Source of the DNA: Octopus vulgaris
Lineage: Eukaryota
NCBI GenBank assembly: GCA_951406725.2
Contig: OX597814.1
Location: 195,734,001-195,798,000 of the forward strand
DNA: 64,000 nt
Direction: 5' to 3'
Position 1 is the first letter of the stretch; each line of letters starts with the position of its first letter. A model generated the notes under the pieces. The model did no database searches. It saw nothing but the letters and a program-made list of their open reading frames with translations, and was not told the origin of the DNA. Of the stretch, positions 26,516-39,793 are shown one piece after another. The position numbers and the translations under genes were made by a program.

Positions 26516-27562
26516 AGATATAAATGGCAATTTTAGCTGCGTATTTCATGGAAATGTGTTCTTCGTTATATTAGTTCTACATATTCAGTATATAAAGGGC
26601 ATCGATTAATATCCGATAAAAAGAATGTGAAGTTTTCAATTACATAACATACAATCTGTGATTTAAAATAAACCTAAGATGGTAACCAACTTAGTGAGTG
26701 CTTACACTTATTCTCATCAATTCTGTTCGCTCTGAACCATCTCATACATCTGCTTTCAGATGGAACTCGCATTTGTACGTATTTCCATTTATGTAAACTT
26801 GGCTAATTTTCTTCTATTTTCAATTCTGAACATAATGGAAAAATAAAAAGCAAAAATTATGAAACGCATTTCCTCTATAGAGCATACAGTGCTCTTACAT
26901 CTGCATATCTGAAACGACCTGGCACATGTTTTAGTGACATGCTAAAAGAAACTCGATTTAAGACAGCATGTTTATAAATTTATATCAGTTAGGTTAAACC
27001 ACACTCTTTAAACGAAATCGAGGAAAGTTAAAACGTTAAACTAATTGAAGACGGAAGAATATTTACCTACAGATATATATGCAATTAGAACGTATATTAA
27101 GAGAAATCCTGTGAGAAGCATATCAACGGTAAAATGAATCAATTTTGTCAAGCATTTAAGAAATATCATGCAGTGTTCTTTACATAAGAATCTGTGCATT
27201 AAGTTGTTATGTTTAACCTGTATATTCTCTTAAAGCGCAAACTTAATCTTAGACACGTAGCAAGGAGACAAATGTATGTAGCGTTTGCTCTATTGCTTTT
27301 AAATATTTTCTTTCTACGCTTCGTATGAAAAATAAGTGTGTGTGTAAGTAAAACTATCAAGGAAGTCTGTATGTAATGGTGCAATTTGATGGATTTAGCG
27401 TCAAATCTGCCTAAAATCACACCCTACTGTTTTATATAAAGAAAGGTGCCATTGAATAAGGCAATGCTAAATATCTATAAACAGACGAGATGGTCACGGT
27501 TAGAATACTTTCAATTACCGGTCAGTTCAATCGGAGCTGATGAGGAGCTAAATGATAAATAT

Positions 27563-27978
27563 TCTTTACTCTTTTACTCTTTTACTTGTTTCAGTCATTT
27601 GACTGCGGCCATGCTGGAGCACCGCCTTTAGTCGAGCAAATCGACCCCGGGACTTATTCTTTGTAAGCCCAGTACTTATTTTATCGGTCTCTTTTGCCGA
27701 ACCGCTAAGTGAAGGGGACGTAAACACACCAGCATCGGTTGTCAAGCAATGCTAGGGGGACAAACACACACACACAAACATACACACAAATACATATATA
27801 TATATACATATATACGACAGGCTTCTTTCAGTTTTCGTCTACCAAATCCACTCACAAGGCATTGGTCGGCCCGGGGCTATAGCATAAGACACTTGCCCAA
27901 GATGCCACGCAGTGGGACTGAACCCGGAACCATGTGGTTGGTAAGCAAGCTACTTACCACACAGCCACTCCTGCGCCT
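27563..27978 (-). mobile_element. SINE family B, full length
   Basis: Close match to 19533-19950. Confidence 0.9.
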
Positions 27979-28289
27979 ATGTAAATTATTCTTTGAAATA
28001 AATCTCAGAACTGATCACATGAACATCATCGTTTGTTACGCCATGTTCATTTTAAATCAGTGAGGAACCCACACATCGTCACTCGAACTGCCAGAAATAG
28101 AAGTTAAATCTGCCTCAAAGAAACTTTTCTATCTGTAAAAAAAGGGAAAATTAGACAGAGTATTCCAAGAGTGCTCAATACTTTGAATAATAATGCATGT
28201 TACAGTGGGAATTCCTATAATCAAAGGGCTACGGGATCAGGGCTGGCTAATCTGGTGTCAAAATAATAGTAGTAATAACACTAATATTT

Positions 28290-28685
28290 TTTCTCTACTC
28301 TAGAAACAAGGCTCGAAATTTTTGGGGTGGGACCAGTCGATTAGATCGATCCCAGTACGCATCTGGTACTTGATTTATCGACCCCGAAAGGATGAAAGGC
28401 AAAGTCAACCTCGGCGGAATTTGAACTCAGAACATACAGACAGACTATTTCTATTTCTTTACTACTCACAAGGGGCTAAACATAGAGGAGACAAACAAGG
28501 ATAGACATAAGTATTAAGTCGATTACATCGATCCCAGTGCGCAACTGGTACTTAATTTATCGACCCCGAAAGGATGAAAGGCAAAGTCGTCCTTGGCGGA
28601 ATTTGAACTCAGAACGTAACGGCAGACGAAATACAGCTACGCATTTCGCCCGGCGTGATAACGATCCTGCCAGCACACCGACTTA
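28290..28685 (-). mobile_element. dimeric SINE family A
   Basis: Two core units, head near 28680, alternative terminal tail near 28290. Confidence 0.85.
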
Positions 28686-28825
28686 TAATAACAGTAATAT
28701 TAACAGTAAGACTAAGTGAGATGAGAATCTTGTGCCCATGTTTCCTCGTGTGGAGTAACAACCCCTTGTCACTGGGTGAGGAAGATTGAAGTGTACGTGG
28801 TTGAATATTCAAATGATGTGGAACT

Positions 28826-29205
28826 CCGTCGGTTCCGACGACGAGGGTTCCAGTTGATCCAATCAACGGAACAGTTTGTTTGTGAAATTAACGTGCAGGT
28901 TGCTGAGCACGCCACATTCACGTGTATCCTTAACGTAATTCTCGGGGAGATTCAGCGTGACACAAAGTGTGGCAAGGCTGGCCTTTTGAAATACAGGTAC
29001 AACAGAAACAGGAAGAAAGAGTGAGAAAAAGTTGTAGTGAAAAAGTACAGCAGGGTTCGCCACCTGAAGCTCCACGAGACTCTGACAGGTGCCTCGTGGA
29101 GCTTTAGGTGTTTTCGCTCAATAAACACTCACAACGCCCGGGCTGGGAATCGAAACCGCGATCCTACGACCGCGAGCCCGCTGCCCTAACCACTGGGCCG
29201 TTGCG
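28826..29205 (-). mobile_element. tRNA(Arg)-like SINE family C
   Basis: Reverse complement of 36339-36718. Confidence 0.85.
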
Positions 29206-30304
29206 TACAATTTTAAATTAAAGGTTCAATCCACCTGATACGCTCCTAAAAATTACAGTTTCTGTCATACAATATCACTCACAAAATATGGGTCGTTTCG
29301 AGGTTATAGAACCGAGAACATCTCAAGGTACCACGCAGTGAGACCGAACCCGGGACTTCGTTGTTGCAGAATGAACTTGTTAATCATTCATCAATACTCA
29401 CCATGTATCATAAAAGGTATTCAACAGTATTATAAAACATGTCATAAAACATACGGTATTGATTACCCTGAAAGGGAAATATTTCTAAGGCTGAATATTG
29501 AAGTCTTTGACATTACAGATTACAACAGTTTTCTTATTTTATAAGGTACTATGATTAACTTTGCCAGCAATGACAAACATTTCTACAGTCTTTTGATAAA
29601 TTTATTATTCAATCCGAAAGATATCTGAGACTTATGAAGCCAGATGAGAACAATAAATTGGACTTATGTCAATTAAGTATGGGTGATACAGCAGCAATTT
29701 ATACAAAATATTGTGGCTTAAGATTACCAAATCCAAGCCTGGAAAGGATATTACATACAATTCAGGATCAAATCTTTTTTTATTGCATCTGATATGTAGC
29801 AGAACAGCGTGAAACAACAGTCTAAACTATCGATTAGTAGTTTTATCAGATCTTTTATGGAAATATAAAAACAAATGTCAGTCCTATAAGCGAAATTTCT
29901 TATCTCATGTGCGCAGGTAAGCTGTATCGGCGCAGATCGACGGCCTTTCCCTTGCAATCTTATCGGTAGCATGAAGAAAAGTAATTTCAATGCAGGAGTA
30001 ACATTCGCTGACACATGGTTAAATTTGATCGAGGGACGACCGAGGATGTTGCACATGCACCCAAGTTGTGAGTGCGTTGCTTCTTATAGCAGAAACAGCT
30101 GTTTGCTAATGAGTGTGTAAGTCTTATTGTTTTGTCATTCATTAATTGACATTACGCTTAGTACTCATCTTATGCTTTAGCTATGACTATATCGAGTTGT
30201 AACTGATTATTTGTATCACTATACCTAAGCTAAATGATATGACACACGCGCACGTGCCGCGCACACATGTGTATGTATATATATGAGAGTGTATATATAT
30301 ATAT

Positions 30305-30497
30305 GTGACCGCGTGTGTACCGTTGGCGATTTTTTTCATCTGTCTTCCCTTCTCTGGATCTTTCCTTCTCTTACGTTTCCGACGAAGAGCTCCGCTCGAA
30401 ACGTTAAACCCTCCTTCTTTCCTGAGCGTCCAATAATACTATCTTTGTTCCACGACCTCACGTTGTTGTGATTTTTTGTGCTTTCATGTTTGGATTA

Positions 30498-30500
<3 letters not shown>
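30305..30500 (+). mobile_element. PLE-type terminal fragment with minimal hammerhead (30375-30409)
   Basis: GTTT-CCGACGA-A-GAGC tcc GCTC-GAAA-CGTT-AAAC; embedded in (TA)n on both sides. Confidence 0.65.
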
Positions 30501-30575
<75 letters not shown>

Positions 30576-32636
30576 TGCGTGTGTGTATGTGTAACAAGAA
30601 CGATGAAACAATAAGATGAACTACTAAATCAATGGACAGTACACCGTTGATTTCATGAGTTTTGAAGATCCATTCATTAAATGGTCGTATTTAAATCTGC
30701 ACGTCGTCTAACACTGGAAGACCAGTTTATTTATTATGCGTGTAAAAAATAATCAACAATCTCTACTGTTCAAAATAGTTCTTTAGTTGAAAAGGTTCTA
30801 AAGAAGAAAATACTCTCCTTAACCCAATGTCTTGAGCCTGTTTACAACAGAGTATTGTCTTATACTCTCTCCAGGCCATTTACCTCGAGTCCCTGAAGCC
30901 AAGACCGAAGATAGGTCGGATGAAAATTCGTACCTTTGGATACGTTGCTGTTGTACTTAAATAAATAGAGCTATTCACACGATAATAATGTCAAAATCAT
31001 TTTGGAAGCAGAGGAAGGATACGTTATCAATTTATCGGTGTATTACAATTGTAGCAGACGATCCTATCTCGTGAAAAAGAATTAGAAGATTGCTTGCCTA
31101 TTTGTATCACTATGTCCGAATAATAAACAATGGCTGCTTCTTTTTGTTATATTTTACGTTGTTAATTACTAGGTTTTGTTTTACGCATCCATTATTTAAG
31201 CTTTTTGGAAATTTCTTTTAAATGCTCTTTCTTTGTCTTGTACGGTATAATATTGGATGTTCTATAATTGTCTTATATTGTTAATGTTAATTACTATCGG
31301 TAGGTTTATGCGAGATCACGAGAGTCCCGTGGACATGCGTGCTCTCTGCATATTGTAAACATGTGAATGAAATGATTTCGTTCGCAGACAATTTCTGAAT
31401 TATGAAATGTTTCTATGCTTAGATAGGGACTTGTTGGAATTGCGGGATACAACATACAATAACTACAGACGCAACAACAAGAACAGCAACAGCAACTGCC
31501 AAAACAACAACAATCACAACTACAACAACATCAATTAGAACACCAACTGGTTAAAAGCTTAGCAGCTTTGTTCAGTGATTGGTCACGAAATGGAATAGAT
31601 AATTACAATTCCCGAACCGTTGCGTAATTGACTAATTGTTTGTATGAATCCTAACGAGAGAATCACAATACAAGGTTCGACTACATTATAGAATCTCTCC
31701 TTCAAAACGTCTCACATCACGGATGTATTTACCAGGAAAAAAAAGATAAAGAAAACAGAGCTTAATAGACGTAAACATATTTCTAGAAAACAACTCGGGA
31801 TGTATGGCATCAGCCGAAAATCTCAAAGAAAGCTGAATATCATGGTGTCAAATTCCTATCTTGGAATTTAAAATAATATATATTTTGTTATTATGTAACC
31901 CTAGTTCAAGCTTGATCAAGTATATCTTTAATCATTAGCATTATCACGTTGACCATTTCGTCTATTATCCAGACATTGTTTAAACTCAGGTCAGTGGTAA
32001 TTGTGCAGGCAAATGATCGAATGCTTCCCAGCATATCCTTCCTTTTGTAATATGTTAGAATGTGTTTTGATGTAGATTTGGTTGTTATTTCTAGCATTCT
32101 GTGGGACAACTTAGCGAAACCTTCCTTTTTTTATTCGCAAGTATGGATGGAATAAAGTTAAATACAGATACTAAAAATAATTCGACAAATTCAGCACCAA
32201 CTATAGTAATCTTTCTCATTTAAGTTCAAAGCCTGCAGTATTGAGGGTAGCGGATTAATCGATAGCATCAACTCAGTGTTTTTTTTTTTTAGCTGGTCCT
32301 TTATTTAATCGAACTAGATAGGAGAAAAGGCAAAGTTGACCTCGGTGGAAGAATAAGAGCCTACATCGTCGGAGTGACGCTATTGAATCCCTCAAAGTAT
32401 TTTGTCCGACGCGCCAATGCGTCTGCCAGTCATCAAGCTATGTTTCAGAGATATATTTAAAATGCGATATCACTTCATGAAGGTTTTTTGCTTTAGTGGT
32501 TAAGGTATTGCTCTCACAATTGTATGATTGTGGTTTCGATTCCCAGCCTGAGTGTTGTGCTGCGTTCTTGAGCAACACACATCATTTCACATCACTCCGG
32601 TCCCCTTAGCTGTTACTGAGTCTCAGCATGAACTGG

Positions 32637-32852
32637 GAACGAGCTGGCAGAAACGTTAGCACGCCGGGCGAAATGCTTAGCAATATTTCGTCTGCCTCTA
32701 CGTTCTGAGTTCAAATTCCGCCGAGGTCGACTTTACCTTTCATCCTTTCGGGGTCGATAAATTAAGTACCAGTTACGCACTGGGGTCGATGTAATCGACT
32801 TCATTCCTTTGTCTGTCCCCTCTATGTTTAGGCTCTTGTGGGCAATAAAAAT
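32637..32852 (+). mobile_element. SINE family A
   Basis: GAGCTGGCAGAAACGTTAGC head to GGGCAATAAA tail. Confidence 0.9.
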
Positions 32853-33451
32853 TAATAATAAATAGATAAATAAGAATTGGGAAGTTAATTCTGCGACAGA
32901 CCTGTGTCCCGTTCAGGAGTGGGGATTGTAATCTCAGTCCCTTATGCGATATGGAGGGGTACTTATGCCCCGTCCTTCCCTATGGTTCATGACAGACCTA
33001 TAGTTTCACATGTTACTCTGAGGACATCGGTACGACTTTGGGTTGTACGGCTTTCAAAACTACGCTAAATGCCAAGACCATTCGTCAACTGTCATCTTCG
33101 ACATCTCTGTTACCAAGCACCTACATCTTTAATCAATACTTCATGGAATCCTGACTCTGGTGACTATTTTACTTTGTCTAATACTTGACTATTGACCCAA
33201 TTATTTTTTATCAACTCCGTAGTGCCATTATTGTAAACCTTATCATACTTTTCAAAAATAAATAAATTGACAAACCTGTTTGTTTTACTTGCTGGTTTCG
33301 ACTAGGGACTGCTTCCTTGTCATGCAGCTACTGTAACAATACATATTGAGGAAACCCTAGTACGATATAGTATTTGGTACAGATATGTTACCTAAACTGT
33401 AGATTCTTTCAAAAACTAGTGGTAGGGCGATATAAAACAATTTGGTATTCA

Positions 33452-33850
33452 GGCGGCGAGCTGGCAGAATCGTTAGCATGCCGGGCGAAATGCATAGTCG
33501 TATTTCGTCTGCCGCTACGTTCTGAGTTCAAATTCCGCCGAGGTCGACTTTGCCTTTCATCCTTTCGGGGTCGATTAAATAAGTTCCAGTTACTACTGGG
33601 CTCGATATAATCGACTTAATCCCTTTGTCTGTCCTTGTTTGTCCTCTCTGTGTTTAGCCCCTTGTAGGTAGTAAAGAAATAGGTATTTTTTTCGGCTCTT
33701 TACGTTCATAGTTCAAATTCCTCCGAAATATACTTTGCTTTTTGTCCTTCTGAGGTCGAAATAACAAGTACCAGTTGAACACTGATGTCGATATAATTGA
33801 TTTACCCCTTCCCCGAACTTGGTTACCTTGTGCCAAAATTTCAAACTAAT
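33452..33850 (+). mobile_element. dimeric SINE family A
   Basis: Junction AAAGAAATAGGTATTT at about 33673-33688; a further degenerate copy follows at about 33870-34025. Confidence 0.85.
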
Positions 33851-34077
33851 ATTCAAGAATTCTAAGTTGGCTTCGCAGAATTATTAGCGGGTCAGGCAAA
33901 ATGCTTAATGGTATTTCTCACAGTTTTTTACGTTCTCAGTTCAAATTCCGCTGAGATCGACTTTGCTAATCGTCGTTCCGAACTCGTTAAAACAAGTACC
34001 AATTAAGTACTTGGGTCGATGTATTTCCACAAAATTAAATACAAAGAATTCTCAAAGGCATGAACAATCCACATTTT

Positions 34078-34108
<31 letters not shown>

Positions 34109-34509
34109 TGGTGTTTTTCTACATCGAAGAGCAATAAGAGAATACAACATTTTACCGAAGTTCTAATTAGAAGTAAGAAGTCTTTGTCATAACTTTGTAT
34201 TAAGGGTTGATATTAAATATTTTCTTAGTGTGGTACCAAGCTACAAACATTGAATGAGTAAATGCATAACAGTTTGTTATTATCACAGTCTTTTCTAGTG
34301 CATAATTAAAATTAATTGGCTTCACCTTAAGTCTAGAATCAATAGTAACTCACCTTGTGCAATTTTTCCACGGCACTAGTTCCAAATAAACACAGTTCAA
34401 TATTCATCGTTACCACATTGAATTTTAAATTTTAAATTAACAATTATGTTGATAATGGTAATGATAAAAGATAGCGACGATGTTCTAGATAATAATGGTT
34501 CTGCAAATG

Positions 34510-34590
34510 GCGATGATGATGATGATGGTGATGATGGTGATGATGATGATGGTGATGATGGTGATGATGATGATGGTGATGATGGTGATG

Positions 34591-34646
<56 letters not shown>

Positions 34647-34670
34647 GATGATGATGATGAAGATAATGAT
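34510..34670. repeat. (GAT)n/(GGT) microsatellite
   Basis: Directly visible. Confidence 0.95.
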
Positions 34671-35683
34671 CCTATAAGTTACAAGAAGTAAAAATATCAA
34701 CACCGGTTGTCTAATGGCGGCGGAGGGCAAACATAGACACAAAGACAAACACACACACACACACACACGCACACACACACACAGACCCCTCCCTCACACA
34801 CACACATACGACGGGCTGCATTCAGTCTCTGCCTATCGAATCCACTTACAAGGTCTTAGTGGGCCCGAGGTTATAGCAGAAGACGCTTGTTCAAAGTGCT
34901 ACGCAGTGGGACTGAACCTGGAAACATGTAGTTGGGAAGTAAGTATGTTTTTTTTTTTTTTGAGAGTTGAAACCGGTCGTGAAAAAAAGGAACGAGACTT
35001 TTTGAGTCAAGGGAGTTGCTGTTGTTTGCAAATATGTGGTTGAGTTGGTGAGTTGGTGAGTTTCGAACCGCCTATGCACACAATCAAGTGTGTGCATATA
35101 TTTGTTTAAAGAACCTTATATAAAGAATCTTTGGAATGTCTTACAAATTTACACTTTAACTCTAATAGACAGGATTTGGAGAATGCGGATCTGTTTCTTT
35201 TACTCTTTCTTTGAAAAACCTAGTATTTCTAGATTTTGTTTCTATAAATTTATATATACATAGCCTAAAGCACATGTTTTTAAAAGATTTATTTATGATT
35301 GTCTTGAGGAGAACACAAAACGATCAATAACATAGTTGCAAAGCGCATTTGTTTTAAGCAACAGAATTATTGAGGTTTGTGAATATCTGCTTCGGTTGAC
35401 GAATAGTTATATGCGTTTATGTTTTGAGTAGATGGCACCATGTGCGCGTGAATGGAGTTAAACTGAATGTGTGCGTATGTATATGAATGTCAATTTAATA
35501 ACTAGCTGAGTCAGAACCTCATAACTCAAAAGGTTTCATACGCTTAAATATGTATCTATATCTTCAGACGTACGGGTTTCTTGTTATTTAATATCAAACA
35601 ATTTCAAATGTGTGTGTTGAATGCTACATTCTTTCGTTTGCTTGCCCTCTAGGGTACATAAATCATACATGCATACGTATATA

Positions 35684-35733
<50 letters not shown>

Positions 35734-35735
35734 CA

Positions 35736-36312
35736 CACAGACATGCAAGAAATAAATAGACCCGTTTAATTTTCGAAATTTCTGATCAAAGCGTCTTAAT
35801 ATGTTTTCAGCGGTGTAGAATTTACAATGTAATTATTCTTTTTCATTCCAGATGTCATTATATTAAACATTTGTGAAGAGAAACCATGCCACACGCAAAA
35901 AATTCAGTAGAACTGTCAGATTTTCAAAGAGGTCGTATTGTTGGGCAATGTGAGGCCGGACTTGGCCAGCGAAAAATTGCCAAAAATCTTCAAATTCCTC
36001 TTTCTACTATTAATAGAATTATAGTGCAATTCAAAGCCAAGGAGGAGATTCAACAGATTCTCGTCCCGGCACACCTGCGCCCTCAGAAAGGAAGCTTCGC
36101 TGTTTGAAGAGAACTGTAGAAAACGAATCCCGTTCGAAGGTTTTCGACATTGCAAAACAGCTAGAAGTTAGTCCAAGAACGTGTGTTACACATCTGCATA
36201 AGCTTGGGTATTATGGACGAGCAGCTAGAAGAAAACCTCTCCTTCAACCAATTAATAGCAAATGAAAGATTTTGAAAATTAAAGGTGCCTATATATTTCC
36301 TGCATGTCTGTG
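35736..36312 (+). mobile_element. internally deleted Tc1-like transposon
   Basis: TIRs CACAGACATGCAAGAAATAAATAG / CTATATATTTCCTGCATGTCTGTG followed by TA. ORF MPHAKNSVELSDFQRGRIVG...IAKNLQIPLSTINRII, frameshift, ...LHKLGYYGRAARRKPLL; DDE domain absent. Confidence 0.9.
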
Positions 36313-36338
36313 TATATATGTTCTTGTATATATATGTG

Positions 36339-36718
36339 GAGGCGCAATGGCCCAGTGGTTAGGGCAGCGAACTCGCGATCATAGGATTGCGGTTTCGATT
36401 CCCAGACCGGGCGTTGTGTGTGTTTATTGAGCGAAAACACCTAAAAGCTCCACGAGGCTCCGGCAGAGGATGGTGGTGGTCCCTGCTGTACTCTTTCACC
36501 ACAATTTTCTCTCACTCTTACTTCCTGTTTCTGTTGTACCTGTATTTCAAAGGGCCGGCCTTGTCACTCTCTGTGTCACGTTGAATATCCCCGAGAACTA
36601 CGTTAAGGGTACACGTGTCTGTGGAGTGCTCAGCCACTTACACGTTAATTTCACGAGCAGGCTGTTCCGTTGATTCGGATCAACCGGAACCCTCGTCGTC
36701 GTAACCGACGGAGTGCTT
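36339..36718 (+). mobile_element. tRNA(Arg)-like SINE family C, full length
   Basis: GGAGGCGCAATGGCCCAGTGGTTAGGGCAGCGAACTCGCG...GGTTTCGATTCCC head (TCG anticodon-like), then 300 bp body. Confidence 0.9.
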
Positions 36719-36933
36719 CCATATATATGTACATATATATATGTATGTATATCTCTATACATACCCCCCACACACACACTCTCACACACATATATATATA
36801 TGTATGTGTGTGTGGGTTCAGTCCCACTGCATGTCACGTTGAGCAAGTAACTTCTACTATAGCTACGGACCGACCAAACAACCAAATCCTTGTGAGTGGA
36901 TTTGGTAGACGGAAACTGAAAAAAAGACTCTCG

Positions 36934-36967
<34 letters not shown>

Positions 36968-36974
36968 AAGAATT

Positions 36975-37905
36975 CCAACCTTGTCTGATTTTCACGTTTT
37001 ATTTACAATCTTATAATGATATATTATAAGATAATATATTATAATTGAATAAAATAAAATGAAATAGTAGAATGTTAAATATTCATTCTGATTGAACTAG
37101 TACTTTCATGCATTGAATTCTGCAATCTTCGGGTTCATGTAGTAGTGTTGACAGTCATGCTTCACAATTTTTGACTGTAGCAAGATGAGTGATTCTGTGC
37201 TATAAATACAGCTGGGTAGGCTCCAGAGTGCTAGGTTTTGCAAACTGTATTCTGACCAATCAGTGTGTAGTATCACTCAATTACTTAAGCTGATTGGTTG
37301 GTTGAGCTGATTGGTTTAGGCATCACGCTTTGTTGGACAGGTCAAGAGTCCTGTATCTTGACCCTGGCCGAAGCAGCAATTGTTGGGTTATTTTTAGAAA
37401 TGTTGTAAATATCCTTTGTCAGAGATTTTTATATTTTTATATTTCAATTGTCATCATCATCATTGTCAGCACCTTAATTATTGTTGCTAGTGGTGATGGT
37501 GGTGGCAATAGAACTTTTAACCCTAAATAAGATAATTTTCCTGCTATCTTCGTCTTGATCACCTTTAGTATTGTTGTTGTTGTTAGTGGTCATGGTCGTA
37601 GCAGTGGAAGTAATACCTCTAAGTATTATTATTATTGCTTATTTAGCTTGGGTTCGAATTTATCAATAAAATTCTTTTCTCTGATTTTCCTCTCGATTTC
37701 ACTTGGGCTGTGTAATTTGTAGAATGGAAATATTATATATATTTTCCGACCACATGTTGCTAGGTGGTTACTCAAAGGTATCTGACGGACCTCTGGGTCT
37801 CTAATCTGTTGCCGGTGTACACGTGAGCGTTCTAATAGTGCGTTTCCCGTCTGACCTACATATATTTCTTCACAATTTGGGCATTTGATGCAGTAAATTA
37901 AATTA
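36975..37905 (-). mobile_element. Penelope-like element 3' part: GIY-YIG domain (37632-37905) plus 3' UTR
   Basis: NLIYCIKCPNCEEIYVGQTGNALLERSRVHRQQI...HL...REKNFIDKFEPKLN is a complete GIY-YIG motif set; HHR in the UTR. Confidence 0.85.
37093..37137 (-). ncRNA. type I hammerhead ribozyme motif (one core change)
   Basis: TGAAC-CCGAAGA-T TGCA gaattcaa TGCA T-GAAA-G TA C-TA/GTTCA: 5 bp stem I, palindromic AGTACT stem III. Confidence 0.65.
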
Positions 37906-38124
37906 TATATGTAATAGAAATATTTTACAAAAAGAAAATAGAAACTACACTTGGGAATGTAAGGGGAAAGTAAGAAGAAAAATAAGCGAAAATACAAATT
38001 GGAAATCAAAAACAGTAATGGTTTTTTTATGAAAAGTAACAATAGATATATATAATTAGATGAACTGAGGTAGGAATAAAAGTAATAAAAGTCATTATTG
38101 TGAATTGTTAAAGAGATTCAAAAG

Positions 38125-38159
<35 letters not shown>

Positions 38160-38634
38160 GTATATATGAATGTGTGTATGTGTGTGAATCTGATAGTATT
38201 CGTATGTGTGATTGTATGTATGGGTTTAAATATGTTGAAGGTGTTATGCGTGTCAGACGGCGGGTTTTTTTGACTGGTTGCTTGTCAAACGAATGAGATA
38301 TCGAGGGAGGTCATTTAATATAGAGTATGTTGTTTGCAGTTCTAAAATAATGCACTAGTATTGAGAGATGAACGGACAAGTTAGAAATATGTATTCAAAG
38401 GGAGAAAAATATATAGTTGTTGTATGAGAAAGTGAAACTAATTGCGTGAAGGGGAGAGAAAGAAAGGAGAACGAGGTCACACGGTCAGACTTTAGAGTTG
38501 GGGGTAAGGAAAAACATGCAAAATCAAAACAACTATTGATAGAGATCAATGATTGGAAGTGAGGCAGAGTAGGAAATTGAAATAATAGAAATATAAAATT
38601 CATATGAGGGTAAGGACATGTAAATATATATTGG

Positions 38635-38781
<147 letters not shown>

Positions 38782-38789
38782 TTATCTCC

Positions 38790-39254
38790 CTTAAAAAAGA
38801 TGGGTGAATGTAGCAAGGATGGCACGTATGAATGACGAAGCCACCTTGACTATGATTCTATGAACCGTAAACATTAATACAGAGAGTTGCTTATTTGCAA
38901 AAAAAAAAGAAATATAACATGTGACTTCATTGACCGAGGTTACCGTGGTCTTTTCCGTAGGCTTTTCTTTCCACGGGTAAATCTCACCTGTCCTCTCCTT
39001 TACACTTCATATTGACATTTCTGTGATAACGATCCCTATTGATCAATTTTTTTTCCTCTCCCTTTTTTTTCCTCTCCCCCTCTTTAAAAAATTTTTTAAT
39101 TTTTTATTTTATTCCCCCTTTTTTTGTCCTCTTTCTTTCCCTTTACGATACCTTTTGATCGAAAACCAAACCCCCTTTTTTACCCCCAAAAGAAAAGCTC
39201 TATCTTGTAATTTGTCCTGTCTGTGTGCAGCCCTGTGTGGCTAATAAAGAAACA
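38790..39254 (+). mobile_element. probable LINE 3' end (ORF end plus T/C-rich 3' UTR)
   Basis: Frame ending [22 protein letters not shown], a long pyrimidine-rich UTR, and terminal GCCCTGTGTGGCTAATAAAGAAA. Clade not established (L1/Tx1-like guess). Confidence 0.45.
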
Positions 39255-39298
39255 TATCTCCCTGTCTCTATGTATATGCACACACACATATATATATA

Positions 39299-39335
<37 letters not shown>

Positions 39336-39340
<5 letters not shown>

Positions 39341-39793
39341 CAAAATAAGCAACAAGTATATCCGAGGTAGAGCAGTACAATTGTTTCATGCTACTTCATT
39401 TTATTAAACGCTGTAAGCATTACATCAGTTTTAAAATGTCGAGCAATTTTCAGCCACTTATAGGATTTTCCAATCAAACGGATGATGTACATTCTTATCT
39501 CTATTTCATTTGCCAACATTATAAAGAGGATAGATATATAGACAGAGAGGTTGATTTCATACTTAAGAACATGATAGTAGTAACTTCACTCTTTGACTGT
39601 AGATTTTATCATTGAATTTACTTTGTTATTTAGATCTGTCAGTGAGGAGGGGAATTTACTTTTGGTTGGATGGAGACGAAGAATATTTTCTATTTATAGA
39701 TATAGGAAGGGGTAGTACAAATGTCAGAACCATAAACCTATTCCCATTTTGAGGAATTCAGTTAAGACACATTTGAATGTATTATAACAAAAA
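39336..39793 (-). mobile_element. inverted PLE terminal arm
   Basis: Reverse complement of 40925-41373. Confidence 0.85.

Noticed and set aside
36339-36411. tRNA-Arg-like sequence (also other SINE heads and the GGTTCGATTCC box at about 21913)
   Set aside because: It continues into a SINE body, has no proper acceptor stem or terminator, and is multi-copy with variation; not called a tRNA gene.
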